Positions 12,926 through 25,010 of a DNA stretch of 64,000 bases are shown in pieces. This stretch comes from Carcharhinus amblyrhynchos. Its lineage: Eukaryota. The stretch is from NCBI GenBank assembly GCA_965287045.1, contig OZ336882.1, forward strand, positions 64,666,001 to 64,730,000, given 5' to 3'. Below the pieces are notes generated by a model. It made no database searches. It had not been told where the DNA came from and was given only the letters and a program-made list of their open reading frames with translations. The translations under genes and the position numbers were made by a program. Every line of letters begins with the position of its first letter. Position 1 is the stretch's first letter.

Positions 12926-14344
12926 CACATGGGCCTTTTCACCTCTCCCTTTTCATCAAACCCTGCTGGCAGATATTAATTCTTTCTCCTTCATGTGTTT
13001 ACCGGACTTCCCCTTAACTCTGTCCATGCTACTCTTTTCAACTCTTCCTTGCGGCAGTGCATTCCGCAGTCTCATCAATCTCTGGTGAAGGAGGTTTTTC
13101 CTGCTTTCCTTATTAAATGTATTGATGACCATGTTATATTTAGGGGCCCTAGTTTTGGACCCCTGTTGTCACCCAGTCACAAAGTGATTACAAAGAGCAG
13201 TCATCAGAAGCTCGCAGATGCCTTAATCCAAGCATAACAGAAGTTGAGAAACCGGTGGGCTTTCGAAAAGAGCTCTAGACAGCTGCGTTGCTTGTTTAAA
13301 ACATCTGAAATCCTTTCATACATTTTTGTTTATGTAAACGATAACTTGTGGGTTTTGCCTGTTCGAGAACAATATCAAACATGGTTATCTCTGTAATTGG
13401 ACGTTCAAGCAAAGAGTGAAAAGAAAGGTGAGTAATCTAACAAACTGTTTACACTTTTATTCAACTGAATAATGCAACATTTCAATAAGTCTCAGAATAA
13501 AAACACCTTCGTCTATTTATTAGCTTAGATCTTGGCGTAGAAGGTGGTATAAATAGCACAAATGAGCATGCACAGATTGTGCACACTGGTGTATTTATAC
13601 AGCGACCTTGAATACTGACTCACAAGTACCATTACACTAAGGTCACCCACTCTTAATGCGCCACAGTGAAGGGTAGGGTGGAATGCACAGGAGGGTACAA
13701 ACCAGCAAAAACACCCCATGGCACTAGTGCCATGTTATAATTATCATGCAGAGCTTTAAAAAATTTGCTTTCATTCTCCAGTTCTTCACTGGCATCTCCC
13801 TCACCTGCAATCACTGCACCCCCACCTCCCCCCAACTCCCCATAACACAGCACATCATTAATAGTTAATACTCCTTCACGCACACTTTGAATTGTCACAA
13901 CTTCAGCGTCCCACTGTGCTATCAGGCACAGCACTGCAGGTATATCACTCTAAAGCATACATCTGAGATTTAAAAGGTTTAACAAACTTCAGCAGACGCC
14001 CTTCGTAATTCTATTGTTGAGAGCAGCACGAAAAAATATTCTGCAGCAAGAATCTTATTTACAATGGCGCCATTTCCATTTCAGTGAAGTGGGAAGCAAT
14101 CACTAAAGCTAACAGAGATTCCTCAGGCTGTGGCCCATTACACCCTGCATACGTGAATCCCAACTTTCTCCCCTTTTTTCTCCCCTACAATGGAGCTAAC
14201 TGTGGCTGAGCCTTCAGGAAGGGAAGGAAAAAATAATGATATTTTTTAGCAAAGCTCCTGTGTTTTACAACTTAGCTGTAAATTAGCTGAAGTCGGGATA
14301 AGTCCATTTACGAATTTGGTTTAGTCGTTGCTTGTTGTGCTTAC

Positions 14345-14469
14345 CTCGCATTTCAAGAGACGCCACCTGAGCTACAATACACAGGCAAGGACAACTTCTA
14401 TGGAAATATAACTGGCTGATAATTTTACTCTTATCAAAGTCATCACAATGTCCTATGAAATAGCTGGCT
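14345..14469 (-). CDS. Candidate 125-nt exon of an unidentified host gene (may be UTR)
   Basis: Acceptor ttttctttcttttattgcag| and donor cgag|gtaagc; one open frame ASYFIGHCDDFDKSKIISQLYFHRSCPCLCIVAQVASLEMR; in a ~1.6 kb stretch with no recognisable repeat. Confidence 0.3.
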
Positions 14470-14591
14470 CTGCAATAAAAGAAAGAAAATGTTCGGAAAA
14501 GCAGATTCAGTCTCTCCTTCCTCGGGCACTGTTCTGAGTACAATGTCATTGTATGCAGGGTTGAAAACATAAAAGGAATGAAGTAGACTAC

Positions 14592-14607
14592 CTTCCCCTT
14601 TTCCCGT
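14592..14607 (-). CDS. Candidate 16-nt micro-exon
   Basis: ccttctctgtttttcag|acgggaaaaggggaag|gtagtc; can splice in frame to 14345-14469 (xGKRGR). Confidence 0.15.
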
Positions 14608-14814
14608 CTGAAAAACAGAGAAGGTCTAACATTTGGGTGGGTGATATATCAGAATTAAAAGGCATGACATTCTCATCCCTCGATGTAAACATTGACCTGA
14701 CTCCCCGATACAGTAAATAATTGCACCCAATTCTTCAAGCTCACAGAGGGTGCAAGATGGTGGAGGTTTGTCACGAGGATTCAAGCAATCAAAGCAGGAA
14801 TTACCAAACCCCAG

Positions 14815-15240
14815 GAAAGATCCAGGAATTAAAATCTTGACATCTGAGGAGCGTTTGAGAACTCTGCGTTTGTACGCGATGGAGTTTAGAAAGATGAGGG
14901 CGGATCTCATTGAAACTTCCAGAATACTGAAAGGCCTGGATAGAGTGGATGTGGGGAAGATGTTTCCACGAGTAGGAGAGACTAGAATCCGTGGGCACAG
15001 CCTCAGAGTAAAGGCACGATCCCTTAGCACAGAGATGAGGAAGAGTTACTTCAGCCAGAGGGTTGTGAATCAATGGAATTGATTGCCACAGAATGCTGTT
15101 GGAGGCCAGGCCATTGACTGCATTTAAGACAGAGATAGATAGGTTCTTGATTGGTGAGGGAATCAAAGGTTACAAGGAAAAAGCGGGAGAATGGGGTTGA
15201 GAAACTTATTAGCCATGATTGAATGGCAGTGCAGACTCTC
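14815..15240 (+). mobile_element. CR1 3' fragment
   Basis: EERLRTLRLYAMEFRKMRADLIETSRILKGLDRVD...YFSQRVVNQWN. Confidence 0.9.
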
Positions 15241-15873
15241 TTATTCTGGTTTTATCCTGTAGAACAAGAGACTCTCAAGAAAATAAATTCCATCTTGGCA
15301 CCAAGGAAAGCCTTTAAGGCTAAAAGAGATACAAAAGATTGTAGAGAAAAAGAGGGAGTGGTCACATCTGAAGATTATAGAGATAAATATGGGCGTAGGT
15401 GATCAAATGTCCATGTGGCACAGTGCCTCACCTCGTGATGGGTCTATGGCAAGCAAACAGTCAGGGTTAACTCATTAAAAATATGAAATTGTGAAATGTA
15501 ATGGAATTCCTCCACCTCCTTGGAAGGGTCAAGAGATTTTTCAGATGATGTTTTACAAAAAAGGTGGTCATTGTGCCCCTTGGAAAGAGGGAAAGAAAAC
15601 TTGCATTGATATAGCACCTTACACAGCCTCAAGACAACCCAGAACACTTTGATTGGTGGAAGGATTGTGCTCAATTGATATGGTGGCCTTTTTGTTTTGC
15701 TCCGTGCTTTCTGTTATCTGACAGCCAAGGGGAAACACTGCTAGGGAAGCTCAGTGCAGGACCAAAGACAAAGCAGTAAAATATCAGAAACTCTCCACGG
15801 TCGTTAAAGCACACATTAACAGGTTAGATCACCTGGTCGGGGCTTTAAATAAAGGGCACAGTGATTACATAGT

Positions 15874-16160
15874 TGGCATGGTGGCACAGTGGTTAGCACT
15901 GCTGCCCTACCGCGCCAGGGGCCTGGGTTCGATTCTCAGCTTGGGTCACTGCCTGTGCAGAGTTTACATGGGATTCTTCCAGGGGCTCCGGTTCTTCTCA
16001 TTGTCTGAAAGACGTGCTGGTTAGGGGCATTGGCTATACTAAATTCTCCCTCAGCGTACCCAAACAGGTGCTGAAGTGTGACGACTAAGGGATTTTCACA
16101 GTAACTTCATTGCAGCGTTAATGTAAGCCTACCTGTGCCACTAATATATAATAAAAAAAA
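15874..16160 (+). mobile_element. V-SINE with an alternative (non-HER1) 3' tail
   Basis: HE1-type head ggcatggtggcacagtggttagcactgctgcc...gggttcgattc; tail cacagtaacttcattgcagcgttaatgtaagcctac...aataaa. Confidence 0.85.
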
Positions 16161-16312
16161 CTAAAGGAGTTCAATCAAGAGCACTTGCTCTTTAGACAAT
16201 AACATTAATTTAGATTGCGAATGAATAAGCCTGTATTACTAATGCACTTTTCATGTTGTTAGCTGAAGACAGCAGCCAGAATTTCAGCCCTAGTAGAGTG
16301 TTTAAGATATAA

Positions 16313-16662
16313 GCTGTGGCTGTCTGGTAATACTGTTGCCTCACAATCAGATGGTATTGGTTCAAGTCTTACTTTAGCATACACCGTCTCTGCCACATCA
16401 CTGTTGGAGTTGACTCCTTTTGGATGTGTTAAACTACTGTCTACCTTCTCAGTTGGATTTAAAAATCCCATATGGCCGTTTTCGAAAAGCAGGGGAATTC
16501 TTCCTGGTATTCTAATCCATAATTAAATCTCACCCAACATCATTAAACCAATCGATCTGATCATTCCATGGCTGTTGGTGGGAACCTGCTGTACGCGAAC
16601 TTGACTGCTACATTTACAGCAGGGTCAACATCTGATCAGCCGTAAAGTACTTGTGAGGATGT
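16313..16662 (+). mobile_element. Old Deu-domain-like SINE
   Basis: tRNA-like head plus aaagatccca..ggc..tttcgaa..gcaggggaattct..ctggt.t.ct body; similar copies at 2400, 7520, 27293 and 48115. Confidence 0.55.
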
Positions 16663-16664
16663 CT

Positions 16665-17640
16665 TCACAGAATCACAGAGTTGTTACAGTGCAGGAGGAG
16701 GCCATTTGGTCACCATGTCTATACTAGCTCTCCAAATGAACATCATGGTTTAGTGCCATTCCCCTGCACCCCTGTTCATTATTTCTATTCAAGTAATCCC
16801 TTTTGAATGCCTCGATCGAACCTGTCTTCCCCACACTCCCAGGCAGTGCATTCCAACCCCCAACCACTTGCTGTGTGAAATCCAGTGACATTACATCACA
16901 GTTGCTTCTTTTGCAAATCACTTTAACTCTGCGCCCTCTCATTTTTGATTCTTTTATAAACGAGGACAGTTTCCTCCTATCTACTCTTGTCCAGAGCCTA
17001 CCTGATTTTAAACATCTCTTTCAAATCTCCTCTTAGCCTTCTCTCCAAGGAGAACAGTCCCAACCTCTCCAATCTATCCACATAACTGAAATTCCTTGTT
17101 AACGTCTTCTGCACTCTCTCCAATGTGTTCATATCCTTCCTATGGTGTGGTGCCCAGGACGGTACACAATATTCTAGCTGAGGTCTAACTGGTATCTTGT
17201 ATAAGAAATCATAGAAAACCTACAGTACAGAAAGAGGCCATTCTGCCCATCAAGTCTGCAACAATCACAATCCCAACCAGGTCCTACTCCCATATCTCTA
17301 CATTTTTACCCACTAATCCCTCTAACCTACACCTCTCAGGACACTAAGGGCAATTTTTTTAGCATGGCCAATCAACCTAACCCGCACATCTTTGGGCTGT
17401 GGGAGGAAACCCACGCAGACACAAGGAGAATGTGCAAACTCCACACAGACAGTGACACAAGCCAGGAATTGAACCCAGGACTCTGGAGCTGTGGAGTAGC
17501 AGTGCTAACCTCTGTGCTACCATGCCGCCCCATAAGTTCAGCATAAGTTCAGCATAACCTCCTTGCTCTGAATTCTATGCCCCTATTAATAAACCGCAGA
17601 ATATCATATGCTTTATCAACTGCTCTCTCTACTTGTACTA
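16665..17640 (-). mobile_element. CR1 3' fragment containing a HE1 SINE (17205-17530, -)
   Basis: ORF 16724-16942 (-) FTQQVVGGWNALP; the SINE is flanked by a short ataag repeat. Confidence 0.85.
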
Positions 17641-19246
17641 TTTGTTTACAAATATAATGTAAGTTTTTTTGTATTTATTGACTGATTTTAAGATAGCTTT
17701 ATAAAGAAAGATATGTGATCCTTTTATACCTTTCCATATCTGACCTCTTTGCTCTATTTCTAGTATGTAAAATGACCTAGTGAAACAAGTTTACGCTCTA
17801 TAAATAAGACTTAGATCATTTATTTGAGTTGTATGTCCATGTCTCCATGACACTATAGCCCAGACCAATATGACAAGAATAACTGTTGACTAACCAGTGT
17901 GTTCAGTTTACAGCAACTGATTCTGACTCAGAGTTAGTTAGTCACAGAATAACCTTCAAACCTTGCCTTTCTGATCACTCGCTGACATTTATGCAGTTCT
18001 AGTGACCTGAAAGCTGAACTCCACTTCCATTTTTGATCTTCACTACAGCATCTCCACATGCTTATGGCACAGGGACATCTTTGCTAACATACCCATTCTC
18101 CACACATGAAACCCAAACAATGAGGTCTGTCCACAGGCATGGGGATGCTGATGCAAGTTTAATCTAGTTCCATTCCCAGTGAAGCAGCAAGTACTTTGTG
18201 CCAACTTTATATTTTCCCTGCAACCTGGCACCAAGCCTAAGTGGCTGCATCATGCTGGCCTGCACTAGCTTATAGGCCAGTTAAAAGGAGAGGAGTCTTC
18301 TGCTGCAGTAGGTGCTGCACCTGGCTATAGAAAACTATCTTAACAGAAAGAAGAACAAAAATTGTGTAAAAGAGCAGAGAGTGCTTCAAGATTCTTCAAT
18401 GCAGCACTAGCAACTTCAGGGCAGAAGATGAACAGGAGGAGATAGGTATCCATCTCTTAGAAACCACGAGCTCCTCTTCCCACAGGAAGCCAGGAGTTCC
18501 TCTTCCCAGAAGGCCAGGGTGTTCACTGAAAGAGTTGACATTAATCTGTGGCGTCCAAATCTCAGGTGCACTCGTGCAATTACCACTTTCTTGCTACCAT
18601 GCTGCCTTTCTATTGCCTATCAGACAGTCAGACTGTTGCTGCCCAGGTTACGATTGTGTAGTCCAAAGTCAGGCATTTTAGACCGAGTGCTGCCCGAGAA
18701 TGTCCTCCAAGGCCATCTGTCACCTCCGCGCATTCCAGATTATCACCACCTTCTGAGTAAAAAAAAGTATATCATCTCACACTTTTCAGTGTTAAATTCC
18801 ATCTGCCACCTATCTGCCCATTTGACCACCCCATCTATATCTCCTTGTAGCCCAAGAGCCTCAATCTCACTGTTGATCAGCTCGTTAATCTTTGTCATCC
18901 GCAATCTTACAAATCCCATCCCTGACATAGTCATCTATGTCATTTATATAACTGACGAATAATAGGTGACCCAGCACAGATCCATGTGGTATGCTATTGA
19001 ACACCAGATTCCAATCACTAAAGCAGCCTTCTGTCATCACCCTCTGTCTCCTACAACTGAGCCAATTTTGAATCCACTTTATAAAATTGCCCTGTATCCC
19101 ACGTGATTTCCCTTCTTTACAAGTCTTCCAAGTGGGCCCTCGTCAAAGACTTTGCTTAAATCCACACAAACTACATCAACCGCACTACCCTCATCTACAC
19201 ATCTGATCACCTCCTCAAAATTCAAGCAAATTTGTTAGGCATGACA

Positions 19247-20952
19247 TAACTGACAAATCTGTTAGCGTTCTTGGATGAGGTAATAAGGAAGTTCAATAAA
19301 GGAGAACCAGTGGACATGATTTATTTCCATTTCCAGAAGTTCTTTGATAAGGTGCCACATAGGAGACTGTTAAATAAGTTAAGTGCCCACAGTATTAAGG
19401 GGAAGATCCTGGAACGGATAGAGGATTGGTGGACTGGCAGAAGGCAGAGAGTGGGGATAAAGGGATCTTTTCAGAATGGCAGCCAGTGATTAGTGGTGTG
19501 CCTCAGAGGTCGGTGCTGGGACCACAACTTTTCACAATATACATTAACAATTTGGAGGAAGGAACTGAAGGCACTGTTGCTAAGTGTGTAGATGATACTA
19601 AGATATGTAGAGGAACAGTAGTATTGAGAAAGTGGTGGGCTGCAGAAGAGTTTGGACAGATTAGAAAAGTGGTCAAAGAAGTGGCAGATGGAATACAATG
19701 TGGAGAAGTGTGAAGTTATGCACTTTGGAAGGATGAATGAAGGCATAGACTATTTTCTAAATGGGAAAATGCTTAGGAAATCAGAAACACAAAGGGACTT
19801 TAGAGTCATTGTTCAAGATTTTCTTAAGGTTAGCGTACAGGTTCAGTCAGCAGTAAGGAAGGCAAATGCAATGTTAGCATTCATGTCGAGAGGGCTAGAA
19901 TACAAGAGCAGGGATATACTTCTGAAGCTCTGGTCAGACCCCATTTGGAATATTGTGAGCAATTTTGGGCTCCGTATCTAAGGAAGGATGTGCTGGCCTT
20001 TGAAAGGGTCCAGAGGAGGTTCATAAGAATGATAATAAGAACATAAGAACACAAGAACTAGGAGCAGGAGTAGGCCATCTAGCCCTTTGAGCCTGCCCCG
20101 CCATTCAATAAGATCATGGCTGATCTGAAGTAGCTCAGTTCCACTTTCCCGCTTTCTCCCCATAACCCTTAATTCCCTTGCCTACCAAAAACCTATCTAC
20201 CCGTGTCTTAAATATATTTAGCTAGGTAGCCTCCACCACATCAATGGGCAGAGAATTCCAGAGATTCACCACCCTTTGAGTGAAGAAGTTCCTCCTCAAC
20301 TCCGTTCTAAACTGCCCCCCGCCCCCTTATCTTGAGGCTGTGCCCTCTAGTCCTGCTATCCTTTCTGAGCGGAAAGAATCTCTCTACCTCCACCCTATCC
20401 ATCCCCTTCATTAACTTATACGTCTCTATAAGATCCCCCCTCATCCTTCTAAACTCCAACGAGTACAAACCCAGTCTATTCAGCCTCTCATCATGATCCC
20501 TGAAATGAGGAGCTTGTCGTATGAGGAACAGTTGATGACTCTGGGTCTGTACTCATTGGAGTTTAGAAGGATGAGCGGGAGTCATATTGAAACTTACAGG
20601 ATACTGCAAGGCCTTGATAAAGTGGATGTGGAGAGATGTTTCCACTAGTAGGAAAAACTAGAACCAGAGAACACAACCTCAAGTTAAAGAGACGATCCTT
20701 TAAAACAGAGATGAGGAGGAATTTCTTTAGCCAGAGAGTGGTGAATCAGTGGAACTCTTTACCACAGAAGGCTTGGAGGACAGGTCATTGCATGTCTTTA
20801 AAACAGAGATAGATAGGTTTGATTAATAAGGGGATCAGGGGTATGGGGAAAAGGCAAGAGAATGTGGATGAGAAAAATATCACCATTGAAAGGTGGAGCA
20901 GACACGATGGGCTGAGTGGCCTAATTCTGCTCCTATGTCTTATGGTGTTATG
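19247..20952 (+). mobile_element. CR1 insertion (middle layer)
   Basis: [37 protein letters not shown]; ends in the tail ctcctatgtcttatggtgttatg. Confidence 0.9.
20034..20492 (-). mobile_element. Young CR1 3' end (inner layer)
   Basis: Same subfamily as 8268-9248; splits host FIRMIPEMR with atgat repeated at 20029-20033 and 20493-20497. Confidence 0.9.
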
Positions 20953-23028
20953 GACCTCTCTCTGATGAAGCCATGCTGACTATCCCTGATCAAGCATTGC
21001 TTCTCCTTCTGAATTTTCTCCAATAGTTTCCCTGGCACTGATGGGAGACTCACTGGTCTATGGATCCCTGGTTTATCTCTATAACTCTTCTCAAATGGCG
21101 GAACAGTAGCTATTCCCTAGTCCTCTGCCATCTTCCCATGGCCAAAGAGGAATAAACAGATTGGGTCAGATCCCCTACTTTCTCCTCCCTTGCCTCCCAC
21201 AGCAGTCAGGGACACAATTCATCAGAGCCTGGAAATTTGTTCATTTTTAAGCCTACCCTATGTCAATTGCTTAAGTATCTTGCAGTCTCTCTCCCTGAAT
21301 TCCATGCCTTCATCCTCATTCTCTTGGGTGAAGACGGGTGTGAAGTATTCGTTCAACACTCTACTGATGTCCTCCAGCTCCACCCACAGATTGCCCCCTT
21401 GGTCCCTAATGAGCCCTACTCTTCCCCTAGTTATCCTCTTCCCAATGATACACTTATCGAATATTTTGGGATTTTTCCTACTTTTACCAGCCAGAGCTTT
21501 CTCATATCCCCTCTTTGCTCTCCTAATTGCTTTCTAAAGCTCCACCCTGCACTTTCTGCAGGAAGATGGCATCTGTCTCCTCTCTTACGCAGAAGAGGAC
21601 ATCACGCTGGGTGATATTAGCTACATTGTTTGTTCCAGCCAAGGAGGATTATGATGTGAAGTAATTAAGGGTCCCAGGCATGGTTACAGGCAGTGTTGTT
21701 CTTGCCCTGCATTGAACCTCCAGATTGTGTCCAAGAGGTGACAGAACTATGTACCCACGACTAGCAGCATGTGACCTGACCAGAACCCTTGCAATCAGAA
21801 CAAAAGCTTTCTCCCCCTGCTGCACTACTGTCTCTTCACAACTTTAACCAACTGTCCAAACTGCAAAGTATTTCCATCGACTCACATCAAGCCAATCAAG
21901 ATCAATTAATTAACCAGTAAGGGATTAAATATGTGTTAGTGTTACACGCTGTTCAACATCACAAACTGGCTACTCTGTGCACATCCTAATGCCTGTCTTA
22001 ATGCCGTAACCAAAATGACATTAGTCACTCAGATCAGACGCCATTTTGGTAACAAACCGACAACCATAGCAATGAAAAGCCTGACACAACAGAGCCTAAT
22101 CTTGTGGCTTATTTGTTCACAGAGAGCAGTAGGGCCAAACAAGCCATTGGTAGTTTCTAACAGGTCAGGTGGGTATGAATCACTGTCAGAGGATTTCTAA
22201 CAGAGTATGTGCCTCTCCAGTTTAGAAACACGGAAGCAAATTGAACCCTTCCAACTGGAGCCCTGGGAAAGATCAATTATCTGGGGGCAGCTAGAGAGAG
22301 GATATGAGACCTTTTTGGTCTGGATATGTTCAGCGTTTCAGGAGACATGTATATCCCCAACGCTGAGAGAGTTGGAATATAAACAATATCAAGCTACATC
22401 GAGACTTAGCTTGGAGTAATCCTTTTTAATGATTTCAATGACATTTCTAGATGACAATCTAAAAAAATAAGGAGTGCAGTTACCAGAATATTTGTTCTGA
22501 GAACAGCAGAGATAAACAGGAAAGATTGCAGAGGCAGGTGCGCAGAGCTCCACAATTGGTGTGAGTCTTTGACAGACACGCTCACAGGTCAGAGATAGAG
22601 AAGGTCAGAGATAGAGTTACAAAATTATTGTTACAATTTTCCCATCCAGGCAGAGAAACATTGAAGGATCACCCTTAATATCACAGTTTTATGCCCTTTA
22701 CCTCTTTTATTAATTTGTCAGTTGTAGGAACTGGTTCGGAGGAAAATTCAATCAATTATTAAATGTAAAATCACAGCAGGGAGATTTCACCCAGTGTCTG
22801 TGTTTCACAGATTCATGAACATAGTGTGAAAACTTTCCCTTGGTGTTTGTGTCTTTTTAAAATGTATTCTTTAATGGGATGTGGGCATCGTTGGCAAGGC
22901 CAGCATTTGTTGCCCACCCCTACTTGCCCTTGAAATGAGTGACTTGCTCATTCTCCTTGTGTCTGGTTTCCTCCCACACTCCAAAGATGTGCAGGTTCAG
23001 TGGATTGGCCATGCTAAATTGACCCTTA

Positions 23029-23154
23029 GGTCGGAATTTTACCAGCACGCTCGCCTTAGGCTCACAAGATCACACCCGAGGCCAACAAAGAGTGCCGTTC
23101 TGCAAACCTCGCCCGCCCCAATTTCAGGGTGGGTGTGTCAGTAAAAGCAGGACC
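23029..23154. mobile_element. PIF/Harbinger-type MITE with TTA TSD inside a partial HE1 SINE (22950-23315)
   Basis: tta|ggtcggaattttac...gtaaaagcaggacc|tta; removing it restores the SINE sequence gacccttagtgtcc. Confidence 0.75.
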
Positions 23155-23488
23155 TTAGTGTCCAAAAAGATGTGCAGGTTAGGTGAATTAGCAATGGTGA
23201 ATGCACAGGGTTCTGGGTTAGGGCGGAGCATGGGGCTGGGTAAGATGCGCTATTCAAGGCTCAATGCAGTCTCAATGGGCTGAATGTCCTCCTTTTGCAT
23301 TGTAGGGATTCTATGGGCCATTTTAGGAGTCACATGCAGACCAACCCAGGTAAGGATGGCAGACTTCCTTCCCTAAAGGGCACTAGTGAACCAGATGGGC
23401 TTTTACAACAATCAATGATAGTTGTCATAAGACTGGCTTTATAATTCCAGATTTTATGAATTGAATTTGAAAAGCATTAGCTGCCGTG

Positions 23489-23751
23489 GCAGGACGGTGG
23501 CACAGTGGTTAGCACTGCTGCCTCACAGCGCCAGGGAGCCGGGTTCAATTCTGGCCTTCGACACCACTTGTGTGGGGTTTGTACGTTCTCCCCATGTCTG
23601 CGTGGGTTTCCTCCTGGTGCTCCAGTGACCTCCCACACTTCAAAGATGTAGCGGGTTAGGTAAATTGGCCTTAAGTGTGGGGTTAGAGAGATAGGGCCTG
23701 GCTGGCATTGTTATCGGTGCAGGCCTCCTTCTGCACTGTAGGGTTTCTATG
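23489..23751 (+). mobile_element. HE1/V-SINE
   Basis: ggacggtggcacagtggttagcactgctgcctcacagcgccaggg head, V-domain and ctgcactgtaggg.ttctatg tail. Confidence 0.9.
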
Positions 23752-23840
23752 TTGTGGGTATGCCGGCGTTGGACTGGCGTAAACACAGTAAAAAGTCTGA
23801 CAACACCAGGTTTTAGCCCAAACGATTTATTTGATAATAG

Positions 23841-23880
23841 ACTCACAAGCTTTCGAGGTTTCCCTCTTCGTCAGGTGAAT
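23841..23880 (-). ncRNA. Minimal type I hammerhead ribozyme motif
   Basis: Exact reverse complement of 24230-24269. Confidence 0.75.
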
Positions 23881-24229
23881 GGAGAGTTCTGGCCTCAGAC
23901 AGAGCATATAAAGCACAGACAGTTTAGAGATTACTGATTAGAATGCGAATCCTTACACCTAACCTGCTGTTCAAGACCTGAAGTGGCTGACAATGTGAGT
24001 GGAAGGAGCACTGATCACAGGTTACAGAGATGTGTATTGTCTCCAGACAGTACAGTAAGTGAGGTTTTGCAAATACACATCTCTGTAACCTGTGATCAGT
24101 GCTCCTTCCACTCACATTGTCAGCCACTTCAGGTCTTGAACAGCAGGTTAGGTGTAAGGATTCGCATTCTAATCAGTAATCTCTAAACTGTCTGTGCTTT
24201 ATATGCTCTGTCTGAGGCCAGAACTCTCC

Positions 24230-24269
24230 ATTCACCTGACGAAGAGGGAAACCTCGAAAGCTTGTGAGT
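24230..24269 (+). ncRNA. Minimal type I hammerhead ribozyme motif
   Basis: Stem I AUUCAC/GUGAGU; core CUGACGA plus extra A; stem II GAGG-GAAA-CCUC; GAAA; palindromic AAGCUU stem III; predicted cut after U24263; AATAAA at 24279. Confidence 0.78.
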
Positions 24270-24529
24270 CTATTATCAAATAAATCATTTGGGCTAAAAC
24301 CTGGTGTTGTCAGACTTTTTACGGATTCTATGTCTCAGAGGATCAATCTGAGCCTCTGGATTGCTAATCCAGTGACACTGAAGCTTCACCTCCACCTCCC
24401 AAGACATTTTAATTTACAATGGGTAATTCCCCTGCTGCACAGGACCCTCCACATGTCTTTGACTCTGAGTTGGAGATGTACCCTTCAGGCAGTTCCGTGG
24501 GAATGTTAGACAGAAAAGTCTTAATCTAA

Positions 24530-25010
24530 CCCCTGGGTAACTCCAGAACCGACCCCCTAATCACCCACTCTTACCTTCCCCTTAAATCCCCAACAACCTC
24601 CCCTGACTCTCTGACTATCCACTGACCCAACCCAATTACCCCGTCCCAACCAAACCCAAATATTCCCAGTCCAACCCAACTATGCCTTCTGAACACACTA
24701 ACTCCCAACCATCCAACTGCTCCCTACTCAACTTGATTAGCTCCTGTCCTGATTAACCCCACCACTCAATTAGCACCTGACCCATCTATTCATCCCTGAC
24801 CCACTGACCCACTCATTACCTACCCACCTCAACCTCCTCACCACATCACCCTCCTGCCATCGCATCCAACTATCATTGTACCCACCTATCATCCTAACCC
24901 CCTACAGTCCTACTCACGTATCATCTCATCCATCTGACACCCTACACACTTATACATCTATCTACCCACCCAACACATGCACTCAATCATCCACTCATCC
25001 ATTCACTAAC
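24530..25010. repeat. C/A-rich low-complexity tract
   Basis: Dense cccaac/cccac/ccatc motifs with almost no G on the + strand. Confidence 0.6.

Larger units (their letters stand above)
18765..21555 (-). mobile_element. Host CR1 ORF2 fragment (outer layer of a triple nest)
   Basis: LQGDIDGVVKWADRWQMEFN (-); ...ttaggcatgac at 19246 resumes as gacctctctctgatgaagccatgctgac at 20953. Confidence 0.85.
23752..24322. mobile_element. Head-to-head pair of Penelope-like termini (family A) forming a 251-bp-arm palindrome
   Basis: Arms 23788-24038 and 24072-24322 are reverse complements with one mismatch seen (CpG transition); 33-bp spacer; probable TSD ggtttctatg (23742-23751)/ggattctatg (24323-24332). 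Confidence 0.85.
22865..24385 (-). mobile_element. Host SINE (11922 family) split by HE1 SINEs, a MITE and a PLE fold-back
   Basis: Pieces 22865-22950, 23315-23488 and 24333-24385 reconstruct the element. Confidence 0.7.

Noticed and set aside
15874-15945. tRNA gene
   Set aside because: tRNA-derived SINE head running into a V-domain; the same applies to the other HE1 heads.
22586-22617. 16-bp tandem duplication, and similar ones at ~18470 and ~37748
   Set aside because: Ordinary slippage duplications with no further structure.
23924-24186. Identical-looking 67-aa ORFs on both strands
   Set aside because: A consequence of the palindrome.
24530-25010. Interstitial telomere or functional G-quadruplex array
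   Set aside because: Only scattered cctaa-like words; no regular (CCCTAA)n periodicity.
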